From a virus: a stretch of 34,722 nt of DNA. How positions within the stretch are numbered: position 1 is the stretch's first letter; each line of letters opens with the position of its first letter. Below, piece by piece: positions 26,266 through 32,265 of the stretch. Below the pieces are notes generated by a model. It had not been told where the DNA came from. It ran no database searches and was given only the letters and a program-made list of their open reading frames with translations. Location: the IMG/VR virus record IMGVR_UViG_3300028025_000010, positions 1 to 34,722 of that record. One strand, written 5' to 3'. Both the position numbers and the translations under genes were made by a program.

Positions 26266-26675
26266 TCTCGGTTGTCTTTCTCTCCTGACACCTTGAGCAG
26301 ATCCGCATAGTCTTTAGCTTTGGCTTTCTTATCGAGTTGGTCTTGGAGTCGCTTTTTAGCATTGTGTAGGTCTGTCTCGAATCGTCTTGTAGATATTCTT
26401 AGGTGGTGGGCTAGTTGATTCTGACTAGCATAGGGATGGCTCACATACCGAGCCTTTAGTATCTTTCTGAGTTCTAAGGGTAAACCCTTTACTGCATCCT
26501 CTATTAGCTCACCATCTTGATTGTCAGGTTCGTAGTGCGGTTCTTCGGGTGCGTATAGGTTGCCCAGTTCGGGAATGTAGTTCTTTTCAAATGATCGACA
26601 AGTCGAGTCTGGCTGTGGAATAACTGATCCAGAAACATACCAAGCCCAGTTTCTCAAGCGGTCATCAAGTGTCAT
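26232..26675 (-). CDS. Late-gene regulator: sigma70 region-4-type HTH, antiterminator-Q/DUF1133-like.
   Basis: RLRNWAWYVSG (W-x-W motif) is followed by EDAVKGLPLELRKILKARYV...SQNQLAHHLRISTRRFETDLHNAKKRL. It is the first gene of the minus-strand late operon. Confidence 0.45.
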   Translation of the reverse strand: MTLDDRLRNWAWYVSGSVIPQPDSTCRSFEKNYIPELGNLYAPEEPHYEPDNQDGELIEDAVKGLPLELRKILKARYVSHPYASQNQLAHHLRISTRRFETDLHNAKKRLQDQLDKKAKAKDYADLLKVSGEKDNREWDFRDIQQWD

Positions 26676-26704
26676 TCACATTCCTGTATTTAATGGACTG
26701 TATA

Positions 26705-26732
26705 ATTGTAACTATTTTCTTAATGGTATCAA
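26705..26732 (-). promoter_or_regulatory. Sigma70-type promoter TTGATA-N16-TACAAT driving the regulator/GT genes.
   Basis: On the minus strand the -35 is at 26732-26727 and the -10 at 26710-26705. AGGA lies 7 nt before ATG 26675. Confidence 0.5.
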
Positions 26733-26738
26733 CTATAT

Positions 26739-27761
26739 ATGAAAAATCAATACGGATATTACTTGACCGACCAAGAGTTTGTAGAAAAGTGGAAACAGTT
26801 TCCTAGTCCAATGTTGATGGCAAATGAGATTAAGATTAGCCCTAGAGCCATACAGAATAGAAGAAGGTCTGTAGAAGTTCGGTTAGGTGTTAAGTTAGAA
26901 ACTCTAATAAATCCTAGAGACGATCACAATAAAAAACAAAAAGAAGAACGCATTGCCAGGTTAAAAGCAAAAAGCGAAAACAGAATAGAACAAGCACCAA
27001 TCTCAGTTAGAAGGGGTACAGCACTTGATAAAGGTCGTATTATTGTTTTTAGCGATGCCCATTTTTATCCTGATGACACTACTACAGCTTATAAGGCTTT
27101 GCTTAAATTTATTGATCACTTTAAGCCGAACATTATTGTTAATAATGGTGATTCCTTTGATGGCGGTTCTATTAGTCGTTTTCCTAGGATCGGTTGGGAT
27201 AAGAAACCTACTGTCCAAGAAGAACTGGAAGCCAACAAGTTTTACTTAGGCGAGATAGAAAAGATCAGACCAGCAGGGTGTAGACTTATTTGGTGTCTTG
27301 GTAATCACGATGCGCGATTTGAAACCATGCTTGCTGCACAGGCTAGTCAGTTTGAAGGTGTACAGGGATTCCAACTAAAAGACCACTTCCCTCTATGGGA
27401 AGGGTGCTGGTCGTTTTGGGTTAATGACGATACTGTAATTAAACACAGGTTTAAGGGTGGGCGATACGCAGGCTATAACAACGCTACAGCAGCTCAAACA
27501 AACATTATTACAGGTCATACCCATGTATTAGCTTGTCAGCCCATTACAGGCTACGCTAAAACGATTTGGGGCGTACAGACAGGCACACTAGCAGAGCCTA
27601 ATAATATGCAGTTTGCAGACTACACAGAGGACTCGCCTAAAGATTGGCGGTCTGGCTTTGTCATGCTGTCTTGGGAACGAGGCAAGATGCTTATGCCGGA
27701 GATGATACAAGTCTGCGGTGAGGATGAAGTAGAGTTCAGGGGCGAGATTCTAAAGGTATGA
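26739..27761 (+). CDS. Calcineurin-like metallophosphoesterase with an N-terminal HTH-like domain.
   Basis: The motifs are FSDAHF, NGDSFDG, LGNHDARF and TGHTHV. The N-terminus ISPRAIQNRRRSVEVRLGVKL is HTH-like and is followed by a K/E-rich linker. Confidence 0.8.
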   Translation: MKNQYGYYLTDQEFVEKWKQFPSPMLMANEIKISPRAIQNRRRSVEVRLGVKLETLINPRDDHNKKQKEERIARLKAKSENRIEQAPISVRRGTALDKGRIIVFSDAHFYPDDTTTAYKALLKFIDHFKPNIIVNNGDSFDGGSISRFPRIGWDKKPTVQEELEANKFYLGEIEKIRPAGCRLIWCLGNHDARFETMLAAQASQFEGVQGFQLKDHFPLWEGCWSFWVNDDTVIKHRFKGGRYAGYNNATAAQTNIITGHTHVLACQPITGYAKTIWGVQTGTLAEPNNMQFADYTEDSPKDWRSGFVMLSWERGKMLMPEMIQVCGEDEVEFRGEILKV

Positions 27762-28111
27762 AACTGACCTCCACTATCCTCAAGAATATCTACAATATGC
27801 TTGTGGTGTGTGAGCCTTTTGAGAAGTGGAATATGCCTTTAGCAGCGCAGATTAGGTTTGTGGTTAATGCAGATCCCGATGTGATGGGAACTTATATGTA
27901 TGACGATGGAGAGAAATGGGAACACATTATTACCATCTCTACTGCTAGGTGCGGATTCCTAGATACAGTTATACGGACTATGGCGCATGAAATGATCCAT
28001 ATGAGCTTTCATCGTAGGAAGGGTAATAAGTGGGCGCAACATGGAAAAGAGTTTCGCGCTAGATGCCATCTTGTAGGGAAAGAGTTAGGGCTAGATCCTT
28101 TAGAGCTTTGA
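27758..28111 (+). CDS. SprT-like zinc metalloprotease domain protein.
   Basis: TMAHEMIHMSF (HExxH) is followed by WAQHGKEFRARC. The start overlaps the upstream stop as ATGA. Confidence 0.6.
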   Translation: MKLTSTILKNIYNMLVVCEPFEKWNMPLAAQIRFVVNADPDVMGTYMYDDGEKWEHIITISTARCGFLDTVIRTMAHEMIHMSFHRRKGNKWAQHGKEFRARCHLVGKELGLDPLEL

Positions 28112-28396
28112 GTTAACTACAACAAGTCCTCGTTCAAAAAGTTCACCAATGGTTGCTCGGTGCGCCTGTTCCCACATCTCAATCCTTGCGACTTTTGTAA
28201 GTGTGCTAGATGTATCGGCTTCCGCATGGCAGCGAAAACAGAGGCTGGCAATGCGAAAATCGGATGCTTTAAGTCCACGACCTTTTCCATCTCTGAGCTG
28301 GTTGGAATGTGCAGCCACGACAGTTCCATCTTCTATCCCACAATGTTGACATGGTAATAGTCTAGCGATTTCTAGGAGTTTTTTGTTTCTATACAT
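28100..28396 (-). CDS. YbcO/DUF1364-like putative Zn-dependent nuclease.
   Basis: LPCQHCG...VVAAHSN..GKGRGLKASDF.IASLCFRCHAEAD matches the C..C..AH...G.G.K..D...C..CH..D pattern of lambdoid YbcO. Confidence 0.55.
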   Translation of the reverse strand: MYRNKKLLEIARLLPCQHCGIEDGTVVAAHSNQLRDGKGRGLKASDFRIASLCFRCHAEADTSSTLTKVARIEMWEQAHRATIGELFERGLVVVNSKL

Positions 28397-28584
28397 TTTC
28401 TAAGGTATTCGTTTTCTTCTCTTGTTTTCTTTAGCAACTGAGATAAATAATGTGCTGTCTTTAGCATCTCTTTATACCTATTTAGGTATAAGTTGTAGTT
28501 TGTAGTGTCCACTATTTTGTACCAATCCGTATAGAAATGTAAACAATAAGAAACACAATCAATGCCCAGATGTAGACAAAGTCG

Positions 28585-28920
28585 CTATCGAGCATGATTA
28601 TCTACAGATCGATTGGTAGCCTCTAGACTGCGCCATATCTCGACTTTTAGTTGGGCTGCGGTCAGCATCCATTTGATCTTCTCCTCGCACTCCACAGCCT
28701 CTTTTAAGCCCTCTAGCAAGCCAATATACTCAGGGTCTGCATACGCATCTACCTCGGCTGCTGCGACAGACTTAGCCGATGACTTAGACATGAGAATACT
28801 ACGCTTAGACTTTAGGAAGTTCTCTAGGTAGATTCTGTTTGCCTTGGCTTTAGCAAAATCTCCCGAATACTTCATTATGTACTCTACTGCTTTTGTTGGT
28901 TCTATATCCATTTTCCCCAT
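28585..28920 (-). CDS. Conserved hypothetical phage protein (helical).
   Basis: 111-aa ORF with an AKAKANRIYLENFLKSKRSILM...EIWRS pattern. I recall it as a recurrent phage family without an assigned function. Confidence 0.5.
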   Translation of the reverse strand: MGKMDIEPTKAVEYIMKYSGDFAKAKANRIYLENFLKSKRSILMSKSSAKSVAAAEVDAYADPEYIGLLEGLKEAVECEEKIKWMLTAAQLKVEIWRSLEATNRSVDNHAR

Positions 28921-29117
28921 TCTCCCTTATTATTTTTAGCCCATTGTTCCCCATATAGGATTAATAGGTCTTTATCTATCGTATGGTCTGATAAATACTT
29001 TCTCCATTTTGTCAGACCCCAAACTGCTCTCCAAATTAACAACTGTCTTACAGCGCATTGAACTCTATACTCATCCGAATAAGAGTGCTTGTGTTTCAAC
29101 TCTACTTCCTGAGTCAT
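28902..29117 (-). CDS. Hypothetical protein.
   Basis: 71-aa W/K-rich ORF. It overlaps the upstream gene by 47 nt and the downstream gene by 19 nt. Confidence 0.4.
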   Translation of the reverse strand: MTQEVELKHKHSYSDEYRVQCAVRQLLIWRAVWGLTKWRKYLSDHTIDKDLLILYGEQWAKNNKGEWGKWI

Positions 29118-29727
29118 ACTTCTTGGAATCTCCTTTCGGGTAAGGTTCTATATTATATTTAAGTAAACTTTTTAGCAATTTCTTATGTTGCTTTGTTCCA
29201 TGAAAATATATGTATCTGTGCTTTCTACTTCTTTCTGCGTAGTAAAAGTCATCACCATATTTTTCTTTAATGCTTTCTAATGTCATTCCATCGGACAAGG
29301 TTTTGCTATGCTTATGCTCTAAACCTTTTACAGTCCAATCAACTCTGTTTGCAGATAGACCAGTATATAAAAAGTTTGTAGCTTGGTATACATAGCCAAC
29401 ATGACCTTGACCAGTATCAGCGTAAGAAACCACTATAGTTGGTTTTGGTAAAAGTTTTATAGAATTAGATACAAGAAAACTAGACTGATTTTTAGTGTTA
29501 TCTTGCAAACAAAGGCGATTTAATTCCAAAACTTTGTCTGACCACTCTTTGCCACAGATTCCCATACATAGCGATGGGCTTGCTGGTATCCCATAAGTAA
29601 CTACACCAACAAGATGCTCGTCATCATATAAACCAAAAGCGTACATAATCTGCGGTATTCGCTTTGCATAATGTTTTTGCAATAACCAAGAATAAGTCTC
29701 ATCATTCTTAATCGGCAAAACCTTCAC
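29071..29727 (-). CDS. Mom-like GNAT-fold DNA-modification protein (adenine methylcarbamoylation family), putative.
   Basis: LLQKHYAKRIPQIMYAFGLYDDEHLVGVVTYGIPASP, LELNRLCL..NTKNQSSFLVS and VVSYADTGQGHVGYVYQATNFLYTG match my recollection of the Mom-family signature. Confidence 0.45.
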   Translation of the reverse strand: MKVLPIKNDETYSWLLQKHYAKRIPQIMYAFGLYDDEHLVGVVTYGIPASPSLCMGICGKEWSDKVLELNRLCLQDNTKNQSSFLVSNSIKLLPKPTIVVSYADTGQGHVGYVYQATNFLYTGLSANRVDWTVKGLEHKHSKTLSDGMTLESIKEKYGDDFYYAERSRKHRYIYFHGTKQHKKLLKSLLKYNIEPYPKGDSKKYDSGSRVETQALLFG

Positions 29728-30107
29728 GATCCTACCCCTACAGATCCAATCTTAGATGAGAGCCTAGCCCTAAACTGCGCGAAAGTTTCTCCTGCATATG
29801 GGTTTAATCCTAACTCTCTGCCCTTGGCTAAAGTAAGTTCATCGCTTGCGTACCAAGGCAATGGTGGTCTCTTGTTTTCTTTCTGCTCGATTACAAGCTC
29901 ATCCTCGAACCTCTCTTGGTTTAGCCAGGTACTTGCATGAGGGATAAACTCCCAATCAGTACCCTTTGCTGACCAATACTTACGATGCTCTACTATTGCC
30001 TCTAGTGCCTTTTGTTGGTTTTCCTGACTTAATTTTTCCCACGATCTTTTTGCTGTTAGCTTTCCTATTTTTCGTGGGTATTGCTGCCAAAAGTTCTCGA
30101 ATGTCAT
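29724..30107 (-). CDS. Conserved early phage protein, often found in replication modules; function unknown.
   Basis: The N-terminus is FENFWQQYPRKIGKLTAKRSWEKL...STWLNQERFEDE, a recurrent phage motif. Confidence 0.35.
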   Translation of the reverse strand: MTFENFWQQYPRKIGKLTAKRSWEKLSQENQQKALEAIVEHRKYWSAKGTDWEFIPHASTWLNQERFEDELVIEQKENKRPPLPWYASDELTLAKGRELGLNPYAGETFAQFRARLSSKIGSVGVGS

Positions 30108-30255
30108 TTTCCCTTTTCCTTTCGTTTATTGCTCTTTCCATTACTGCCTCAAACCCTGCTTGCATAATAAACTTATGCCCTGCCTTATCAAAAGTTAGTT
30201 CGCACTCTGCCGATCCATCTGGCAACTCTTTAACTATCTTGACTTGTATCTTCAT
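29980..30255 (-). CDS. Hypothetical protein with a basic tail encoded out of frame over the next gene.
   Basis: 91-aa ORF whose last 42 codons overlap 29724..30107 (128 nt). Confidence 0.4.
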   Translation of the reverse strand: MKIQVKIVKELPDGSAECELTFDKAGHKFIMQAGFEAVMERAINERKRENDIRELLAAIPTKNRKANSKKIVGKIKSGKPTKGTRGNSRAS

Positions 30256-30496
30256 CCACCCACACCTTTATGTTTTTATTAAAGTCTGCTTTCATAAGAA
30301 CTGGCTTATTTAAGCAATCTAACATTTTATACAGATTCTGCTTTACTTCCTCTATATCTTCTCCCATAACACCAACACCTCTGGCTGTGTACAGATAAGG
30401 CTCATGGTTCTTATCGTAAAAGACTTCGCAAACCTCGACCCAAGATTCTCCATCGTTCTCGTCTGAAAAGTCTACCACTCTATGATTCCAATGCAT
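30230..30496 (-). CDS. Hypothetical protein.
   Basis: 88-aa acidic ORF whose ATG overlaps the upstream TAA (TAATG). Confidence 0.5.
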   Translation of the reverse strand: MHWNHRVVDFSDENDGESWVEVCEVFYDKNHEPYLYTARGVGVMGEDIEEVKQNLYKMLDCLNKPVLMKADFNKNIKVWVDEDTSQDS

Positions 30497-30642
30497 TATT
30501 TACTCGCCAAGATGTAAAGACCAACATTACTAAACGCATATCCTGTATATACAACTGCCATCGGCACATTCCCTTTTACTCCTTGCTCAATCCCAATATA
30601 GGCATAGATCAAGCCTGTAACAATAATAAGCCAAGCACTCAC
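30496..30642 (-). CDS. Putative 48-aa two-TM membrane protein with a GTG start (not in the ORF track).
   Basis: (M)SAWLIIVTGLIYAYIGIEQGVKGNVPMAVVYTGYAFSNVGLYILASK. The stop is coupled to the next ATG. The start codon is uncertain. Confidence 0.35.
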   Translation of the reverse strand: MSAWLIIVTGLIYAYIGIEQGVKGNVPMAVVYTGYAFSNVGLYILASK

Positions 30643-30687
30643 TTTTTCTTTCTTGCTGCTATCTGCTTTTGTAGAATATACCAGAAC

Positions 30688-30888
30688 TCAGATTTGATAA
30701 TCATTTTTTCCCCTTTCTAAGGCTTGTGTTATCTGTTGGGAAAGATTCTCCCAATATTGCTTACAACTGTTATCGTTTCTTGGACTGCCTACAAAGTATG
30801 ACTGATATGGTGATGGTTTGGCAAGATACCTGTAACAATTATTTTTTTTACTACATTGGTGGTCTAAACACATAGTGATGTCTGGCAT
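30688..30888 (-). CDS. Small Cys-containing early protein.
   Basis: MPDITMCLDHQCSKKNNCYRYLAKPSPYQSY. The C..C....C.RY pattern recurs in small phage proteins. It is the first gene after a promoter-bearing gap. Confidence 0.5.
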   Translation of the reverse strand: MPDITMCLDHQCSKKNNCYRYLAKPSPYQSYFVGSPRNDNSCKQYWENLSQQITQALERGKNDYQI

Positions 30889-30951
30889 ATCTTTACCTAT
30901 AAGTTAACATATTTGTTACTTTAAATACCTTTAAGTTTATATATTTGTTAC

Positions 30952-30981
30952 ATTATGTAGATGCTTATGTAATATAGTCAA
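30952..30981 (-). promoter_or_regulatory. Sigma70-type promoter TTGACT-N18-CATAAT.
   Basis: On the minus strand the -35 is at 30981-30976 and the -10 at 30957-30952, 64 nt upstream of ATG 30888. An ATATTTGTTAC direct repeat (30909, 30941) follows it. Confidence 0.5.
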
Positions 30982-31237
30982 CATTTTGTTTTATTAAAAA
31001 TTCATGCACTTTTAGACAATACTCTACTTTAGGTGATATGCCTTATCAACCTGACCCATCTATACAAGACTAGTCCTTCCTAAGATAATGTTCAATCATT
31101 TGTAGACTTATATATCACCCTTGATCTACAAATTTGTGCAGTACCCATTTAAGTCTGCGAGGCTTGCCATCCTAGTAGTGAGCCTATCTTTTCTTCCACG
31201 CTGCCGATATAAGCACTATGTTTCGCCTGGAGTGCGA

Positions 31238-31361
31238 GCAGAAATAGAAAAACCCCATAAGGTAGCTCTAAGTTGATCCCACTTAACAAAAGAATCCACG
31301 ACTTTTGTTAAATGCTCAAAGCTACCCTATAGGGTCTTGTGGATTACTAAACAGGGATCAA
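31238..31361 (-). ncRNA. Highly structured RNA element (four helices, two of them pseudoknot-type) ending in a U-tract. It is either an elaborate terminator or a stable 3'-UTR/sRNA.
   Basis: Complementary pairs: 31253-67/31320-34 (15 bp, with both mismatches becoming G-U only on the minus strand), 31283-92/31302-11 (10 bp), 31273-80/31354-61 (8 bp), and hairpin loop 31293-99/31339-45 (7 bp). UUUUUCUAUUU follows. Confidence 0.55.
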
Positions 31362-31381
31362 TCTGCTGACTAAATTATAAA

Positions 31382-31693
31382 CTAAAACTCAAACTCTTTA
31401 AAGTCGTACCTCCCATTTGGTTTCTTAAACCAGCCGATAACGATAATTCGCCATTTGGATCTTAGCAGTTCTACAAAATAGTCGCTTTCTTGGATTTTCT
31501 TTATTCTGGAGGACATATTGCTTTTGGATGTCATTTGTATTCCGAGTGTTTCTTCGTTTCCAATAGCCACCATGTCGAGTATGCCAAACATATCTTTTTT
31601 TCGTTTTGTAAAAGAGTTGTAGGATTCGACCACTTCGCATTTATACCCCCTAGACTCGAATAGAGCCATTGTGCGCTGATTGTAGTTAGGCAA
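31382..31693 (-). CDS. Small PD-(D/E)XK-like nuclease (Hjc/resolvase-like), putative.
   Basis: LFESRGYKCEVVE...KKDMFGILDMVAIGNEETLGIQMTSKS is compatible with a D...(E/Q)xK/T nuclease core. 103 aa. Confidence 0.35.
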   Translation of the reverse strand: MPNYNQRTMALFESRGYKCEVVESYNSFTKRKKDMFGILDMVAIGNEETLGIQMTSKSNMSSRIKKIQESDYFVELLRSKWRIIVIGWFKKPNGRYDFKEFEF

Positions 31694-31883
31694 GGTCTTG
31701 TTCGGTTATCTTGCCTTCTGAGGCTTCTATGATGGCTTGGTGGTGCTTTTTAGGGATGCTGTTACGCATTGACCAGGCGTACACAGTTACATACTTAATA
31801 CCGAGCTTTTGCGATATATCCTTGTAGCTACCAAATGCCTCTAGTAATTTCTCAAACTGTGGTGTTTTTACAACAGTATCCAT
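31686..31883 (-). CDS. Cro/YdaS-like HTH transcriptional regulator.
   Basis: GSYKDISQKLGIKYVTVYAWSMRNSIPKKHHQAIIEASEGKIT is the typical YdaS/Cro-type HTH. It is the first gene leftward of the divergent control region. Confidence 0.6.
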   Translation of the reverse strand: MDTVVKTPQFEKLLEAFGSYKDISQKLGIKYVTVYAWSMRNSIPKKHHQAIIEASEGKITEQDLA

Positions 31884-31895
31884 ATCTTCTCCTTT

Positions 31896-31998
31896 TGTAG
31901 AACCTTGATTCTACACTCATTACAGGCAAATGTAGATATTAGGGTATATCCCTAGTAATTATTCTACAAATCTCTACAAATATCTGTATAGTTCTACA
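31896..31998. promoter_or_regulatory. Divergent early control region with six TCTACA/TGTAGA motifs overlapping two putative promoters.
   Basis: TGTAGA is at 31896 and 31931. TCTACA is at 31910, 31963, 31973 and 31993. The leftward promoter is TCTACA-N17-TAGAAT (31936-31908) and the rightward one is TCTACA-N18-TATAGT (31963-31992). Confidence 0.5.
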
Positions 31999-32036
31999 TA
32001 AGCGATGTCGCTTATTTCTTTGAAAGGGAAATCAAA

Positions 32037-32228
32037 ATGCAAAAATATCAATGGATGGCAACAGCAGAAAAATGTGGAAATGTTTGGAAAGTAGGAGTTC
32101 AAACAGAAAATGGTTGTGTGTCTTTTAGTAAAAAAGTATATGCAACAAAAGACCAAGCATTAGTTGTTGCAAACAAAATCTACAAAGAAGAAGAATTTTC
32201 TGTTTCTGATTTTGAAATAGATTGTTAA
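32037..32228 (+). CDS. Hypothetical early protein.
   Basis: 63-aa ORF, the first rightward gene. AAGGGA lies 8 nt upstream of the ATG. Confidence 0.55.
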   Translation: MQKYQWMATAEKCGNVWKVGVQTENGCVSFSKKVYATKDQALVVANKIYKEEEFSVSDFEIDC

Positions 32229-32237
32229 TATTTAATA

Positions 32238-32253
32238 TCCCCCTTCGGGGGGA
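32238..32253 (+). other. GC hairpin with a UUCG tetraloop between early genes.
   Basis: UCCCCC-UUCG-GGGGGA: 6 bp with a cUUCGg tetraloop. No U-tract follows. Confidence 0.5.
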
Positions 32254-32265
32254 ACTGGAGATACT

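Noticed and set aside
28512-28595. 27-aa hydrophobic ORF (MLDSDFVYIWALIVFLIVYISIRIGTK) overlapping the end of the 111-aa gene.
   Set aside because: It is plausible as a TM micro-protein, but it is very short, has no clear SD and lies in AT-rich sequence where such ORFs arise by chance. It is not reported as a feature.
16397-30313. Further short track ORFs opposite confident genes: 16397..16585, 17090..17287, 17713..18446 set, 18622..19547 set, 21339..21554, 22494..22724, 23721..24083, 25275..25463, 25714..26296 set, 27003..27249, 28117..28357 set, 28613..28831, 29966..30313.
   Set aside because: Each is nested antisense or out of frame within a gene that has recognisable protein motifs or operon coupling. 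None has an SD-like start context or a recognisable motif.
31324-31335. ACCCTATAGGGT palindrome resembling the CACTATAGGGAGA core of T7-type promoters.
   Set aside because: The genome has no single-subunit RNA polymerase gene, and the upstream part does not match T7, T3 or SP6 promoters. The bases are better explained as one arm of the 15-bp stem of the structured RNA.
30889-31381. Possible tRNA, CRISPR array or DGR template in the non-coding gaps.
   Set aside because: No T-loop (GTTCRANNC) or cloverleaf was found by eye. There are no spaced identical repeats of CRISPR type. No reverse transcriptase gene or fibre-gene near-duplicate exists anywhere in the window.
31998-32015. ATAAGCGA-tg-TCGCTTAT inverted repeat followed by TTTCTTT, considered as a terminator.
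   Set aside because: It lies at the predicted +1 of the rightward promoter and just upstream of the first gene's SD. The 2-nt loop makes a poor terminator. It is more likely a 5' stem-loop or operator half-sites, so it is folded into the control-region feature.
31974-32156. 60-aa minus-strand ORF spanning the control region and the start of the first rightward gene.
   Set aside because: It overlaps the operator/promoter cluster and the better-supported plus-strand gene at 32037. Its F/C/I-rich product looks like translated AT-rich noise. The ORFs at 31425..31640, 32771..32953, 33073..33319 and 33242..33430 were rejected on similar grounds.
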